Shown: positions 1 through 11,870 of the stretch, one piece after another
How positions within the stretch are numbered: the first letter of the stretch is position 1
Layout of the letters: each line of letters opens with the position of its first letter
DNA from: Takakia lepidozioides
Taxonomy: Eukaryota; Plantae; Bryophyta
Length of the DNA stretch: 64,000 nucleotides
Direction: 5' to 3'
NCBI GenBank assembly: GCA_030704615.1
Contig: CM060733.1
Span: 71,858,001 to 71,922,000 of the forward strand
Translations under genes and position numbers: made by a program
The notes under the pieces: generated by a model
Databases searched by the model: none
What the model was told of the DNA's origin: nothing
What the model saw: the letters and a program-made list of their open reading frames with translations, nothing else

Positions 1-1663
1 TGACGGGCTGTGATGGACTGTGTTGGGCTGTGTATCTCCCCCCCTAAAGCCTGTTGTTGTCACCCCTAAGGCTCCTATTTGTCTCAGTCTGTGTAAAAAT
101 TAAGGGTACCCCACAGATCCCGTAAAAGCGTCTAAGTCCCAAGCAGTCCTCTAACAAGACCTTTCAACCATACTGCTTATGAATCTGTAATACTTTTGTT
201 TCATGTGTGGTGCAACAACTTGGTGATGGGCGGTAAAATTACAAGTGCACATGTGGTGATGTCCACATTCAGAACAAATAACAGCACATCTGGATGGTTG
301 AAGGCATAGCGCCCATGAGCTTCCAGCTCTAGCAAGAAAGAGTTTTATTTTTGGAAGGACCAAATAATGTGGGGGGGTTGCAAATCCATGCAAAGTACAC
401 ACCCATAATGTGGACTGGTAATTAGTGTCTGTAACACATAATGGTCTTTGGATTGCTCACCTCAAGCCCCCCACACAAAGTATGTATGTTTTCAAAGAAA
501 GGTCATCTCTACAATTCCAACTCGCAATCATGACAAAGCGGGGTGGTACATGCAGAGGGATGAAGCACCAAATCTCACAAACATGAGAAACAGAGAGAAA
601 TCACAAAGCAAAAGATCAACTTTGGCTATATATGAATCTGGAATCTCCATGATTCTGAATTCATGGGTTCCGAGGTGCCACAGACCTTCTTGTGATTCAT
701 GAACATTCTCCTCCACCATCACAAGTGGAAAATTGAGCAATAGAAGCCTCATCCCTGTCACAGTGAGGGTTTTTAAACAAGCCAAAAATAGAGTAACCAA
801 CACACGAGCCCTCTCTATGAGTAAGTCAAAGCCATCATAAATAGGGCCACATACTGTCATGTGTGGAGGAATTGAACCTGTAGCCAACTGAATGGCTCTG
901 CCCCATGCAGCACATGTGACCTGCAAGCACACAGTAAAAAAAGTGGGGGTTTACGAACTTGCCAAATCCCAAGCATGAACAGAGGGGTCCCATTAGTGGG
1001 GAAGACATGTGAGTCACCGTCCACAGTTGCAATGCCCATCAGATCCAACATGTGACTTGCTGTGCAGATTGTCCCCCGACTGCACCAAACCAAAACAAAC
1101 ATTATAAAGAAGTACATCCCCAACACATTGCACCCAACCCCCACAATCTGAACACAGGGAAAATAGAAAGCATGCTTTAGGAAAAAGAACAAGTGGAGTG
1201 GGGGAGTTGGCCGCTGGCTGAAGCACATGGTGCCTTTGATTTGGCAAGCATTTTGTACAATTGATTGTTCAACGTGAGTAATAGAGAGGGGGAGGGAGGA
1301 GCAGGGGCATCATAATTCAGTTCGTAGCTAGAGAGTAAGTAAGGCATGGATGTGGGAAGGGGGGGAGATAGTTGAGAGGTGGAGTAACACTTGAAGCAAC
1401 ATGACGCTATTGCCCTTTTACCAGGAATCATCTTCCTTGCTTCTACATTCACAGGGAAAATAACCACAACAAGTAGATGCTGCAGCACAGGATGTCCTGT
1501 GATTTGGGACTCAAAATGCCCCTCAGTGTGCCACTCAAAATGTCATATAATGCTATTGTCCTTTTACCAGGCCAGTGGCTGAAGCACAAGGTGTCCTGTG
1601 ATTTGGAACTCAAAATGTCACTCAGTGTGTCAGTTTAAATGTCAACATGACACTATTGTCCTT

Positions 1664-4600
1664 TTACCAGATGTAGTCATCTTCATCGCTACTATTTTCA
1701 CTACACTCATGGTCAGTGTTGCAATCCTCACTATCTCGGTGCCATGGTTCGTCCCTTCGTGGGGGCCTCATCATAGCAATAGTAGCCATCTCAGCTTCGG
1801 TAAGGGTCGTTGAAGGTCCAAATTCTGTGTTGGGATTCACATCCTCCAGTGCCTCCGCCACTTGCATCCTTACGCATGACTCATTCTCACCCAAGCTGAC
1901 ACCAGTGACATCATGTACCACGCGCCGTGAGCGCGGCTCCTTCTGAAGTACTACTTTCCAGTTACCAGTGTTGGAGGGCTCATCTGCAAAAAAAACTTGC
2001 TCGACTTGCCATGGAAATGTGAATGGTTCATCTCCCGGTGGCAGCATGCGATCGAAGTCCACGAGTAGGAAACCATACTCATCCTTCTTCATGGTGCGGT
2101 TGCGACCTGTCAAGCTTGCTCTGACCCATTCACATATGAATACTACAGGAGTGACAACACCATACTGAAGCTGTAAAATTTCACAAACAACGCCAACATA
2201 TTGCAGCTGGTTCATGACAGGGTTACCATCCACACCCCTTCCCGTTGACTCTTCGGCAAAATTCTGTGCAACCCCAGAGTCGAATGTGACATGGTAATCA
2301 ACCACACATGTTTCCACCACTCTATAGTGATTTCCGTATGCCCACATAGAGCGAAATGAACGAGCAACAAACCCTGGTGGCTTACACAGATGACGAATAT
2401 TTGCATCATACGTTGCTCCTCTTGAAACAACATTTTGTACTGCCGACTGTATCCACATATGAAAAGCAGGCAAAGGCAACATGTTTTCGGGGTATGGAAC
2501 GGTGCGTTGGTGTGCATTTCTCCCTTGGGTGCTGTATGTGGCTCGAAATTTGGCTCTGGCTGATTCTATGGTGGCCTTCTCAATATCATAAAGTCTGGTC
2601 ATACTCAATTCACACGTAGTCAGAACCATAATATGTACAAAGAGGCTGAGTGAAAATAGAGAATGCGCGAATTTTGTATCCGGAAAAATACCCCAGAGTT
2701 AGCATGTGAAGCTAAATAAATGATGTATACTTACCTTAGAAACGGTCTCATGCACGCCGTGTTGTGAAGCACATAGTCGTGTGCACTGGCCCGAAGCTCA
2801 GCCGACAGTTTCCTTGGAGTTCCTTCACCCTCTAATACTTCTCCCGCAACACTTTCTTCTTCGTTGGAATCCCAGACCCTTCTACGAGTTCCTGGAAATG
2901 CAGCCATGTACTCTGTGAGGAGGCCAAGAGCCTCATCAAGAGAATACCTGCTAGCCATGCAACCTTCTGGCCGGGCATAGCTCTCCACATATCCCTTCAA
3001 ATTTTTCATGTACCTCTCGATGGGGTACATCCAACGTGAACTAACAGGACCACAAACCTCCAATTCATCCACAAGGTGTAGCACAAGGTGGGTCATGAGA
3101 TCAAAGAATGAGGGGGGAAACTCTTTCTCCAACAAACAAAGCGTTACAACCACATCCTCCTTCAGGGCTGGTAGTTCCTTGGGATCCACTGTTTTCATGC
3201 ACAATGCGCGAAATACACGAGATAGCTTCATGATTGCGAGCCTTGGACCTTTGCCCAACAAACCTCGAATGCACAAAGGTAGAACTTGTTGCATCAGTAG
3301 ATGGTAGTCATGACTCTTCATGTGTGAAAGCTTGTTCTTAGCAATATGCTTCTTAAATGAAGCACCATACCCTGTCGGTGTCTTTAGAGCACCCAAAGTT
3401 GCATAGAAGGTAGTAGTTTCCTGTCGATTCAACACGTAAGGAGCCTGCGGCTTCACCAACTTCCCGCCATCTCCGGGGTGGGGTTTTAACCATAAGTGAG
3501 GTCATATGCCCTCATTCTCCATGTCCTTCCTGCTCTTTACTGTGTCATTTTCCCCCAATATGGTGCGCAATATGTTTTCAGAAATGTTTTTTTCACAGTG
3601 CATAACATCAAGGGTATACTGTATCAACAAATCCTGCAATCATGGAACCACCATCAATATGGTATACTTTGATGGTAAAGCCAAGAGATGACATCTTAAT
3701 AATGGGAAAAGGAAGAAACCAGTCTTGCATGCTGCAGACAGTATCTTGAGAGACAAAAGCCAGACATTTTCATGGAAACAACCATATTGCTGCTACATGT
3801 GCCATACATAGGCGACTCCAAACTTGCTTCATGCAATTTGCATTAGGCTGAAATCTAAGTCGTGTGTGATGATCCTTACAACTGTATCCATGCAACTATG
3901 AAATCAGCCCTGCCGACAAACAAACAATGAAGACATACCCACCTTCCAATATGGCAGGTTCCAAAGGATCGACCTTCGGCAGGGCACACATTCCGGCGAC
4001 GTCTGCCGAATGTTTCCATGAACCTCTCGTTTTCCTCCGCATTTTGGAGCCGATCCACAGTGGATACTTGAGGGGGGGGGGGGGGGGGGGGGGGGTCTGT
4101 GATCGGAGGCTCCATTGAAGTGGTTGCGATTGCGTCTATATGGATGGCCTGCTGGTAAAAAAAATTTTGTGCCCCTGGTACACCATTTTGCTCAGTGCAC
4201 TGGAGTGCCTGGCATCAAGATTGGGCCCGCACACGGGACAAGCCTTGTAGCCCCCAACTGCACACCCTGCTAGCATGGCATATGCAGGATAGTCATGTAT
4301 TGACCACATCAGAATGGCTCTCATGACAAAGGTCCTTGATCCTTCATTGCGAGATGCATCATTAGCCCTAACACCTTCCCACAACACGGTCAGCTCATCC
4401 ACCAGAGGTTGCAAGAACACATCCGCATTGGTCTTCTTCACGGATGTCGGCCCTGGAATTATGAGTGTCAACATCATAAAAAAAAACGTCTTTGTGCTCA
4501 GCCAAGGAGGAAGGTTGTAGTTCATCAGCAAGACAGGCCACGTAGACCATTTTGTTGATTTATCACCAAAGGGATTGATACCATCCCATGCCAGACCTAG

Positions 4601-5419
4601 TCGCAAGTTGCGAGGTTCAGTTGCAAAAGCAGGCCATGTATCGTCAATGTATTTCCATGCAAGGCTGTCAGGCGGGTGTCTCATCTTCCCATCTTGACTT
4701 TGGTTCTCCGTGTGCCACACCATAAGCTTACATATCTCCTTGCACTTGTACATGCGCTGCAGCCGGGGAATCAAGGGGAAATGCCGCAAGACCTTTTGTG
4801 GAACCAACGTCTTCATGCCAGGGATGTACCGAGGCGCCCCACATTTAGGGCAAGATGGTGCATCCTGCAGATCTCCCCTGTATAGCACACATCCCTTCTC
4901 ACAAGCATGGATGCTATTGTAATTAAGCCCAACTTTTGTTATAAGTTTCTTTGCTTCGTAATGAGATTTGGGCAAAAAGTTCCCTTTAGGCAAAAGATGT
5001 CCGTGCAAAAGTTTCAGAAGCTCATCCATTGCTGCGTTTGTGACACCATGAGGAGCACTAACATTGAGCAAGAGCAACGTCGCACTCAAGCAGCTGGTGG
5101 GGCAGCCAACATACAGAGGTGTGGTTGCTTGATGCTGAAATTGGAAAGCAGCACCGTCATCCCCATCCCCATGACTTTGTCCATCATGATGGCGCTCGTC
5201 TTCTCCAAGCCCTTCATCCTCATTAATGGTGCTTTGTACATTATCTGCAACTGCAAACGTTTCCTGCAACATGCGAATGATGTCGACGTCGGGGTCTAGA
5301 TTCTCTCCACCACGAACAGGAACATGGCTAATCTGTCTCGGAACATCATCCTCAGGGGGGCTACGTTCTTCCACAAAGTCTTCGTCTTCGGAGTCGACAC
5401 TCTCCACCTGCATGTTCAC
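1664..5419 (-). pseudogene. CACTA/EnSpm transposase (TnpD/Tnp2-like; Transposase_21 + DUF4218 + DUF4216 regions), spliced and disabled
   Basis: ORF 4136-5419 has Tnp2 motifs (IHACEKGCVLY...CPKCG, LRHFPLIPRLQR, MRHPPDSLAW, RNLRLGLAWDGINPF, YNLPPW, HDYPAY, ACPVC). An exon near 3635-3460 reads LDVMHCEKN. ORF 2731-3459 has KSHDYH, FPPSFFDLMTHLVLHL, WMYPIERYMK. ORF 1664-2629 has YGNHYRV, FICEWV, EPFTFPWQVEQVFF. There is a frameshift in the A-run near 4160 and an in-frame TGA at 3502-3504. Confidence 0.9.
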
Positions 5420-6217
5420 CGGGGGCTGCTATTTCATGAGCGGCATGAGCATGAGCGGAAAAAAAAAAAACATGAGCAGACCATTGTGAGTCCACGGAAA
5501 TAGGGTTAGGAGGCACGGAAATAGGGTCATGTGAAGTTGGAATGTGGCACCAGTGGACTTGAAATGCAACATTTTATTGCAAATTTTGTGGCAAGCCACG
5601 TCTATACAAGTGTGTTCTAACTGTCATAGCCGGAATGGGCACTACTCTCCTACACCCTCCGAGGAACTTGCCCCACCTTCTTCCTCATCCCCCTCATCCC
5701 CCTCATCCTCCGAGCTCTGTGATGCATCAGTTCCACTATGCCTCTCAAAAATCCCATCCTCTTGGGGGACTGTCCACCTCACCTCCTGGGAATCTTTTGC
5801 ATCTTCTCCCCCACTTTCCTCAGCTGAATCCAAGACAAATCTACGAGCCTGACGGGTTCTAATAGCTGCTGCCTCATCCCTCATCTTCATTTTCTTGAGG
5901 TTTGCCTCGTCTAAAATCTGCTGTACACGACTAGGTTCGGAACACCTCCTAATGGACACCGAAGCAAGCCGGGCAACATAAGTAGGAAGGATGTAGTCCC
6001 TTTCTGGACTAGGCATGAAATCCCCCCTGGCAAAAAAATGCACGTTCCTCCTGCCCATGAACTGCGGTGTAGACGTCCCTCCTATAGTAAGAACAAATCC
6101 AATTGAAGAATGTCAATACCAGCAAAAGCAGAAATGGTCTTTCAATGAAATAAAAGAGCGAGGGGAGGTGCCTCACAAAATCAGGAGGCAACTTACAATG
6201 CGACCACTCACTCGTAA
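5420..6217 (-). repeat. Inverted near-identical copy of ~36806-37632 (last exon of the ParB-MTase gene plus probable 5' exon/intron of the CACTA transposase)
   Basis: Direct sequence match by eye; ORF 5642-6058 corresponds to ORF 36923-37291 and its downstream sequence. Confidence 0.9.
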
Positions 6218-6970
6218 GCCATTTTCGCCACCATTTTCCTAGGTTGGGCCCGAAAATGGCTAAGTCCCAGAACTGACTGGGCGCGGAACTAGAAAAATGG
6301 CGCCAAATTTCCGGTTGCGGTTCCAGCCACCCTAGGGACTTAGCCATTTTCGGGGCCCTGAACTCGAAAAATGGCGCCATTTTTCCATTTTGGGGCTGAA
6401 AATGGCTAAGTCCCAAATCTGACTGGGCCCGGAACTGGAAAAATGGCGCCGAATTTCCGATTTTGCTGCCAGCCACCCTAGTCAGTTCTGGGACTTAGCC
6501 ATTTTCGGGCCGGACCTGGGAAAATGGCGCCGAATTTCCAGTTCAGGGCTCCCAAAATGGCTAAGTCCCTAGGGTGGCTGGCATCGAAAACCGAAATTCG
6601 GCGCCATTTTTCCAATTCCAGGGCCAGTCAGTTCAGGGACTTAGCCATTTCCGGGCCGGACCTGGGAAAATGGCGCCAAATTTCCAGTTCAGGGCTCCCA
6701 AAATGACTAAGTCCCTAGGGTGGCTGGCACCGAAAACCGAAATTCGGCGCCATTTTTCCATTTCCAGGGCTAGTCAGTTCAGGGACTTAGCCTTTTTCGG
6801 GCCGGACCTGGGGAAATGGCGCCGAATTTCCAGTTCAGGGCTCCCAAAATGACCAAGTCCCTAGGGTGGCTGGAACCGAAAACCGAAATTCGGCGCCATT
6901 TTTCCAGTTCTAGGCCCAGTCATTTCCGCCCCAACCTGGGAAAATGGTGCTGAATTTCCAGTTCAGGGAC
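6218..6970. repeat. ~146-bp tandem array with internal inverted motifs (GAAATTCGGCGCCATTTT / AAAATGGCGCCGAATTTC); orientation switches near 6480
   Basis: AGGGTGGCTGG recurs at 6571, 6717 and 6863. Same family as the intronic array at 34480-34960. Confidence 0.9.
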
Positions 6971-6974
6971 CTCA

Positions 6975-7290
6975 TTCTGTGTTTTTCATGAATGCAGGTA
7001 CTGCAAGTTCTCCCTTTTGGAGAAAGGTCATTTGTCTTTCGAGCCACCATTCTTCCTGGCATGGAGGAACCCTGGGGCTGACTCCATGTACACTGACGTT
7101 ATTGTGAAGGAGTGGCATTTGGAACATTTGCGTGATTGCCCTTGGTATGTGGACCTTCCGCCCGGCTCGCTCGACCCATCCGAGTTTCAATTGAAGCTGG
7201 ATGCTGAGGCCCGACGAAACCGGGCTCCGCTGCCTCCGCTGGGTCCAAAAGAGGCAAAAGCGCCTGCGAACTCCAGGAAAGCGGCAGAGC
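6975..7290 (+). pseudogene. Duplicated exon fragment of the ParB-MTase gene (copy of ~35015-35335)
   Basis: EKGHLSFEPPFFLAW...VIVKEWHLEHLRDCPWYVDLPPGSLD is shared by ORFs 7017-7700 and 35020-35907. Confidence 0.9.
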
Positions 7291-7775
7291 TATTCGGCGC
7301 CGGATTTCCGTCCATCCGGGCTCCAAATTACTTGCAGGATGGAAATTCGGCACCGGATTTCCATCCATCCGCTCTCCGAATTACCTGCATGACGGAAATT
7401 CGGCGCTCCGAGTTACCTGCAGGATGGAAATTCGGCGCCGGATTTCCATCCATCCGCCCTCCGAATTACCTGCCTGACGGAAATTCGGCGCTCCGAGTTA
7501 CCTACAGGATGGAAATTCGGCGCCGGATTTTCATCCGGCCGCGCTCCGACTTAGTTGGCGGATGGAAATCCGGCGCCGGATTTCCATCCATCCGCTCTTC
7601 GAATTACCTGCATGACGGAAATTTGCAGCGTCGACTTACCTGGAGGATGGAAATCCGGCGCCGGATTTCCATCCATCCGCGCTCCGAATTACCTGCATGA
7701 TGGAAATTTTGCGCGCCGACCTACCTGGCGGATGGAAATCCGGCGCCGGATTTCCATCCATCCGCTCTTCGAATC
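7290..7775. repeat. Hairpin tandem array of the 53-bp family (GGATGGAAATTCGGCGCCGGATTTCCATCC core)
   Basis: Same unit as 27990-28985. Confidence 0.9.
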
Positions 7776-7950
7776 GGTTAATAGCTTGCGGCATGCAATT
7801 GCAATCGGGCCAGGGGACAAACTGAGCACGTGAAGGCTTACCCGTGCCACATGTGAGGTCAAGGTCAGTTGCCTCACTATCTGGGAAGGTTTTCCTTTCT
7901 CATTCTGATTAAGCAGGTCTTGCCTCTCACCTTCTCTTCTCCGTTTTGTC

Positions 7951-8035
7951 TGTCGTGCGCATACATATCGCTACACAACTACATCGCTGTCCAAACCACA
8001 CCACACATATATGCACAATAAAGTAGTCTGCCACA
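7951..8035 (-). repeat. LTR segment A (85 bp), terminal copy
   Basis: Identical to 8403-8487; TG...CA ends. Confidence 0.9.
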
Positions 8036-8040
8036 ATAAG

Positions 8041-8487
8041 TGATAAGAAAGCTAACAAATGACACTGCTCTCCACACAAGAAACAATGTGAAATCCAAAA
8101 CCATCACTCTTTAAAACAGTAGTCGAGCCAGGGGCACCCCAAGCTATGGGGACTCCACCCCACAACAACCTACACTCCCATCATGAGTAAACTCAGATCT
8201 AAACGCACACAGGAGCTCGGTCGCGCAGGCTCAACTCGAGAAAGATGAGCCGCGCGACTGCCGCTCTCGTGAAGATAAGACGGACCAGGTGTCAAACTAA
8301 ACTTGACACCTGATTTAACACTTGACCTAAATCCAAGTGTTAACTACAAATAACTAGTTTTATTCTAGCTGTTTTCACACTGTGCTTATTTAACTTGACA
8401 GCTGTCGTGCGCATACATATCGCTACACAACTACATCGCTGTCCAAACCACACCACACATATATGCACAATAAAGTAGTCTGCCACA
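8041..8487 (-). repeat. Complete 3' LTR (A + gc + B, 447 bp) following the PPT
   Basis: On the minus strand it starts TGTGG directly after the purine tract and ends TATCA; the B part matches 19396-19752. Confidence 0.85.
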
Positions 8488-8500
8488 ATCGCCCCCCTAG
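8488..8500 (-). other. Polypurine tract (PPT)
   Basis: Minus strand CTAGGGGGGCGAT immediately before the LTR start; conserved in the second copy near 61660-61670. Confidence 0.7.
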
Positions 8501-8747
8501 CTGGTGGATAGGTCCCTCTACCTCCAGATAGCTACAAGATGTAATAGCCACAGCCGTACTAAGTCCTCTATCACTGTCCCTATTGTACTCAAACTCTATA
8601 GACCAAGAGGCCGGGTACAAGAGTAGCCCCATCGTTAGTCGCCATCTTGCAATCTGTGAACTTGAGCCAGGACCTCGTGTGTTCAAGGTCTCCTAGTAGC
8701 TGGGCCTTGCGTTTCTTGTTAGCCTTCCATGGTTGTATCCACTCCCA

Positions 8748-9572
8748 CTATCCAATGCAATGTGGACATAACCAATCCCCATCCGGAACCATCTCAAGAG
8801 GTGGAGTCAAGCATCCCATATGCCAACCTCTAGAGCATTGATCGCACACCAGCATGGTGGCTGCCCCTTTAGCAGACCCACACAACATGCACCTCAAACC
8901 TGCAGATACCACTGCCAGGTTTGGGTCAATCCTGCCATCGACATTCGGAAGGTGACATGGCGCACAATTACGCACATGGTCCTTCCAAGTTATGCCATCC
9001 CGACCCTCCAAGACCAAGACGCCTGAGGGCAAGACCTCTCGAACCCTCAAAATAACACGTCCTGCAGTCACATCCAGGGTCGTAGGAGCAGTCTGCTGCA
9101 GATAGACATAGTCACCAGGGTTGAATCTCCGAACCCCAGGACGATAGCCCCCACCACGTATGGTAGCATACCTCAACGTATCACGGTGTTGTGCAATGGC
9201 AAGGTTCTCGAAAGCCATGGGCATGACTCTCTTGAACAACTCTGCACGCTGCTCACATGCACGTGCCCACACGTCCGGATCGTCAAGGTTAAGAACTGTA
9301 GCAGCTTCTCTGCGAATGGATGTAGGCAAATCCGGCTCTCGGCCAAAGAGAAGAAAGTATGGTGAGAAGGAGGCAAGTGATGCTTGCTTGCTGAACCTGT
9401 AGGCCATGGCTAACCAGGATAATTGAAGGTCCCAATCCCCTAGGTGTCCCTTCTGCAAGCCATACTTGCGCAAACCCCTCTTTACTGTCTGAACAACTCT
9501 CTCTGCCAAGCCATCGGCTTCAGGATGATCCCGGGAAGTGGTGCGGTGGTCTATCAAGGCCTTGTCACACAA
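8748..9572 (-). CDS. Integrase C-terminal half plus C-terminal PHD finger (C4HC3)
   Basis: HPEADGLAERVVQTVK, FSPYFLLFGREP; CMLC...LVCDQCSRGWHMGCLTPPL..VPDGDWLCPHC at ~8757-8891. Joined to the upstream ORF by a 1-nt frameshift in a G-run near 9585. Confidence 0.92.
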   Translation of the reverse strand: MCDKALIDHRTTSRDHPEADGLAERVVQTVKRGLRKYGLQKGHLGDWDLQLSWLAMAYRFSKQASLASFSPYFLLFGREPDLPTSIRREAATVLNLDDPDVWARACEQRAELFKRVMPMAFENLAIAQHRDTLRYATIRGGGYRPGVRRFNPGDYVYLQQTAPTTLDVTAGRVILRVREVLPSGVLVLEGRDGITWKDHVRNCAPCHLPNVDGRIDPNLAVVSAGLRCMLCGSAKGAATMLVCDQCSRGWHMGCLTPPLEMVPDGDWLCPHCIG

Positions 9573-11200
9573 AGCCTGAAACTCCCCAAGAACTCTCTCC
9601 CTTGGTCCGTGAGTACCTCAGCTGGAGCACCGAATCGGCTAAGCACACAATCCAGGAATGCATACGCAGCTCCCTCACTAGCCTTATCAGGCAATGGAAC
9701 CAATTCAATCCACTTGGAGAAGTGCTCCACCATCACCAACACGTACTTGTTGTGGCGCATGGTCAGTGGCAACGGCCCTGCGAAGTCAAGACTCCACCTG
9801 TAGCCCAATCCCATGATCGGAAGAGGGTGCAATTGTGGAGTAGGGGCGTTGAATGAAGCACGCACCCTGTCACACACCATGCACCTAGCCACAAATTGTT
9901 GCACCTCTGTGTGCATACCACGCCACCAATACTGCCCCTGCAGTAGACTATGAGTGCGTCGCACCCCAAAATGCCCCAACTCCTCATGGGCATGCCGCAC
10001 TAACCGTGCCCGCTGTGTTGGGTGAGGCACAATCCTCACTCGACCATCCTCCCACACTCGAAGCAGGTGTGTCCCCTCCCACCTGAACCTCTTGGCTCGT
10101 TGTAGGATCCGATCCCTCTCCTTGGCAGTCATAGTGGCTGTCGTGTCTCCACTGCGGAGGTAGTCCAACACAACTGAATCCTCATGTATATCTTTGGCGC
10201 CACCCTGCTCATTGCTGGCCTCAGGGTCCTCAGACACTTGATCTACAGTCATCCCTGTTGTAGGTCCAACCTGGCCTTCCGCTGCCAAGATACACAGAAA
10301 TGCAGATGCATGCCATCCGGGCACCATCTCCTCGTCCGTCTCACCATGCCACCGAGCTCCAGTGTCATCCTGCTGGCTCGTGCATGGATTGCGACTCAAC
10401 CCATCTGCATTTCGATTGACCAAACCCGGTCGATGCACCACCTGAAAGTCATACTCTTGAAGGATGAGTGCCCACCGTGCAAGCTTCCCCGTAAGCTTGT
10501 CTGACTCCATCAACCACTTGAGTGGTTGGTGATCCGTGACAAGGGTGAAGAGATTGCCGTATAGATAGCACCTGAAGTGTGCCACGGCCCACACTGCAGC
10601 TAAGCATTCTCCCTCATATGAGCTATACTTAGACTCTGCAGCATTGTTCGAGCGGCTAGCATAAGCCACTACGAACTCTCTTCCCTCATCATCCACCTGT
10701 GTGAGCACCGCTCCAAGCCCCAGCATGCTCCAATCTGTATGCAGCTGAAAAGGACGCCCCCTGATAGGTCGTCTCAAGATGGGCGCCGAGGTCAACCTCG
10801 CCTTGAGCTCTTGAAAAGCTTGTTCTTGCTCATCTTCCCACTGCCACTCCTGGTCCACCTTGGTCAGCTTGGTTAGAGCCTTTGCAATGGCACTAAATCC
10901 CTTAACAAACCGTCTGTAATAGTTTGCTAACCCCATGAAAGCTCGAACTCGGCTCACATCCGTGGGGCGTGGAACCTGTGCAATGGACTCTACCTTAGTC
11001 TGTTGTACCCCCAATCCTCCAGGATATATCATGTGACCCAGATACTCAATCTGGTTGTGGAAAAACTTGCACTTGCCCGGATGTAACTTCAATCCTTGCG
11101 TCCTCAAGCGCTCAAATACCCCCTGAAGGTGTCTCTCATGCTCCTCCACCGTAGCACTAAAGATGATGATGTCATCTATGTAGCACCGAGCAAACTCCAC
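9554..11200 (-). CDS. RT C-terminal part, RNase H, integrase HHCC zinc finger and DDE core
   Basis: CYIDDIIIFS, LKLHPGKCKF, FMGLANYYRRFV, LHTDWS..GLGAVL, TDHQPLKWL, NADGLSR, HEELGHFG...CMVC, WSLDFAGPLP, LTDQGREF (within ORF 9554-11431). Confidence 0.95.
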   Translation of the reverse strand: MEFARCYIDDIIIFSATVEEHERHLQGVFERLRTQGLKLHPGKCKFFHNQIEYLGHMIYPGGLGVQQTKVESIAQVPRPTDVSRVRAFMGLANYYRRFVKGFSAIAKALTKLTKVDQEWQWEDEQEQAFQELKARLTSAPILRRPIRGRPFQLHTDWSMLGLGAVLTQVDDEGREFVVAYASRSNNAAESKYSSYEGECLAAVWAVAHFRCYLYGNLFTLVTDHQPLKWLMESDKLTGKLARWALILQEYDFQVVHRPGLVNRNADGLSRNPCTSQQDDTGARWHGETDEEMVPGWHASAFLCILAAEGQVGPTTGMTVDQVSEDPEASNEQGGAKDIHEDSVVLDYLRSGDTTATMTAKERDRILQRAKRFRWEGTHLLRVWEDGRVRIVPHPTQRARLVRHAHEELGHFGVRRTHSLLQGQYWWRGMHTEVQQFVARCMVCDRVRASFNAPTPQLHPLPIMGLGYRWSLDFAGPLPLTMRHNKYVLVMVEHFSKWIELVPLPDKASEGAAYAFLDCVLSRFGAPAEVLTDQGREFLGSFRLCVTRP

Positions 11201-11870
11201 CCCTGTCCATGACTCTTTGAAACTCAGCGGGAGCGTTTTTAAGCCCAAATGGTAAGAACCGCCACTGGTATAGGCAATCCTTCCCGTGCTCATTGATCCC
11301 CCAGAATGCCGTCTTTTGCTTATCCGCCTCCTTGATCGGCAACTGGTGATATCCGGATCGTAAATCCAACGTGCTAAAGACCTTGGAATGCCCAATGGCA
11401 TCAAAGATCTCCTCTGGTGTTGGCATGGCATACCTATCGGACTTGGTCTGACGATTTACAGGCCGGTAATCACCGCACATACGTCTCTCCGTCCAATTGC
11501 CATAGACATCCTTCTTAGCTGGCATCACTGTGGCTGAAGCATACTCTCCACCAGAGAGCTCCACCAAACCTGCCTCCCAGAGATCTTGAGTCCTCATCTG
11601 AATCAAAGACCTCTCCATGTCACTGTATCTATAGGGTCTCCGAAAGATTGGCGTGTCAGTGGCCAACTCAATACGGATCTCTTGACCCTTCAGTGCTCCC
11701 AAGTCCTTCAAACTGAAGGCAAAGCAATTCCTATAAGCCCTCAGGAACCGCCGTATACGTCGTCTCTCTCCTCCGGTGACAATGGGTCCAATATCAGGCT
11801 CCCAATTGTCCTCCGTAACTGCAACCTTAAGTCCAGTGGGCTTAGAGGTAGAGGACGCGTCCCGTGGTTG
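11172..11870 (-). CDS. Reverse transcriptase N-terminal part
   Basis: RMCGDYRPVN, FSTLDLRSGYHQ, KTAF, LPFGLKNAPAEFQRVMD. The frame is open from the TAG at 11871-11873 into this ORF; a small deletion/frameshift lies near 11200. Confidence 0.95.
   Translation of the reverse strand, partial: QPRDASSTSKPTGLKVAVTEDNWEPDIGPIVTGGERRRIRRFLRAYRNCFAFSLKDLGALKGQEIRIELATDTPIFRRPYRYSDMERSLIQMRTQDLWEAGLVELSGGEYASATVMPAKKDVYGNWTERRMCGDYRPVNRQTKSDRYAMPTPEEIFDAIGHSKVFSTLDLRSGYHQLPIKEADKQKTAFWGINEHGKDCLYQWRFLPFGLKNAPAEFQRVMDRGGVCSVLHR

Noticed and set aside
151-1600. Short ORFs and ~100-130 bp degenerate repeats downstream of the CACTA transposase
   Set aside because: No recognisable motifs, and no CACTA terminus was found.
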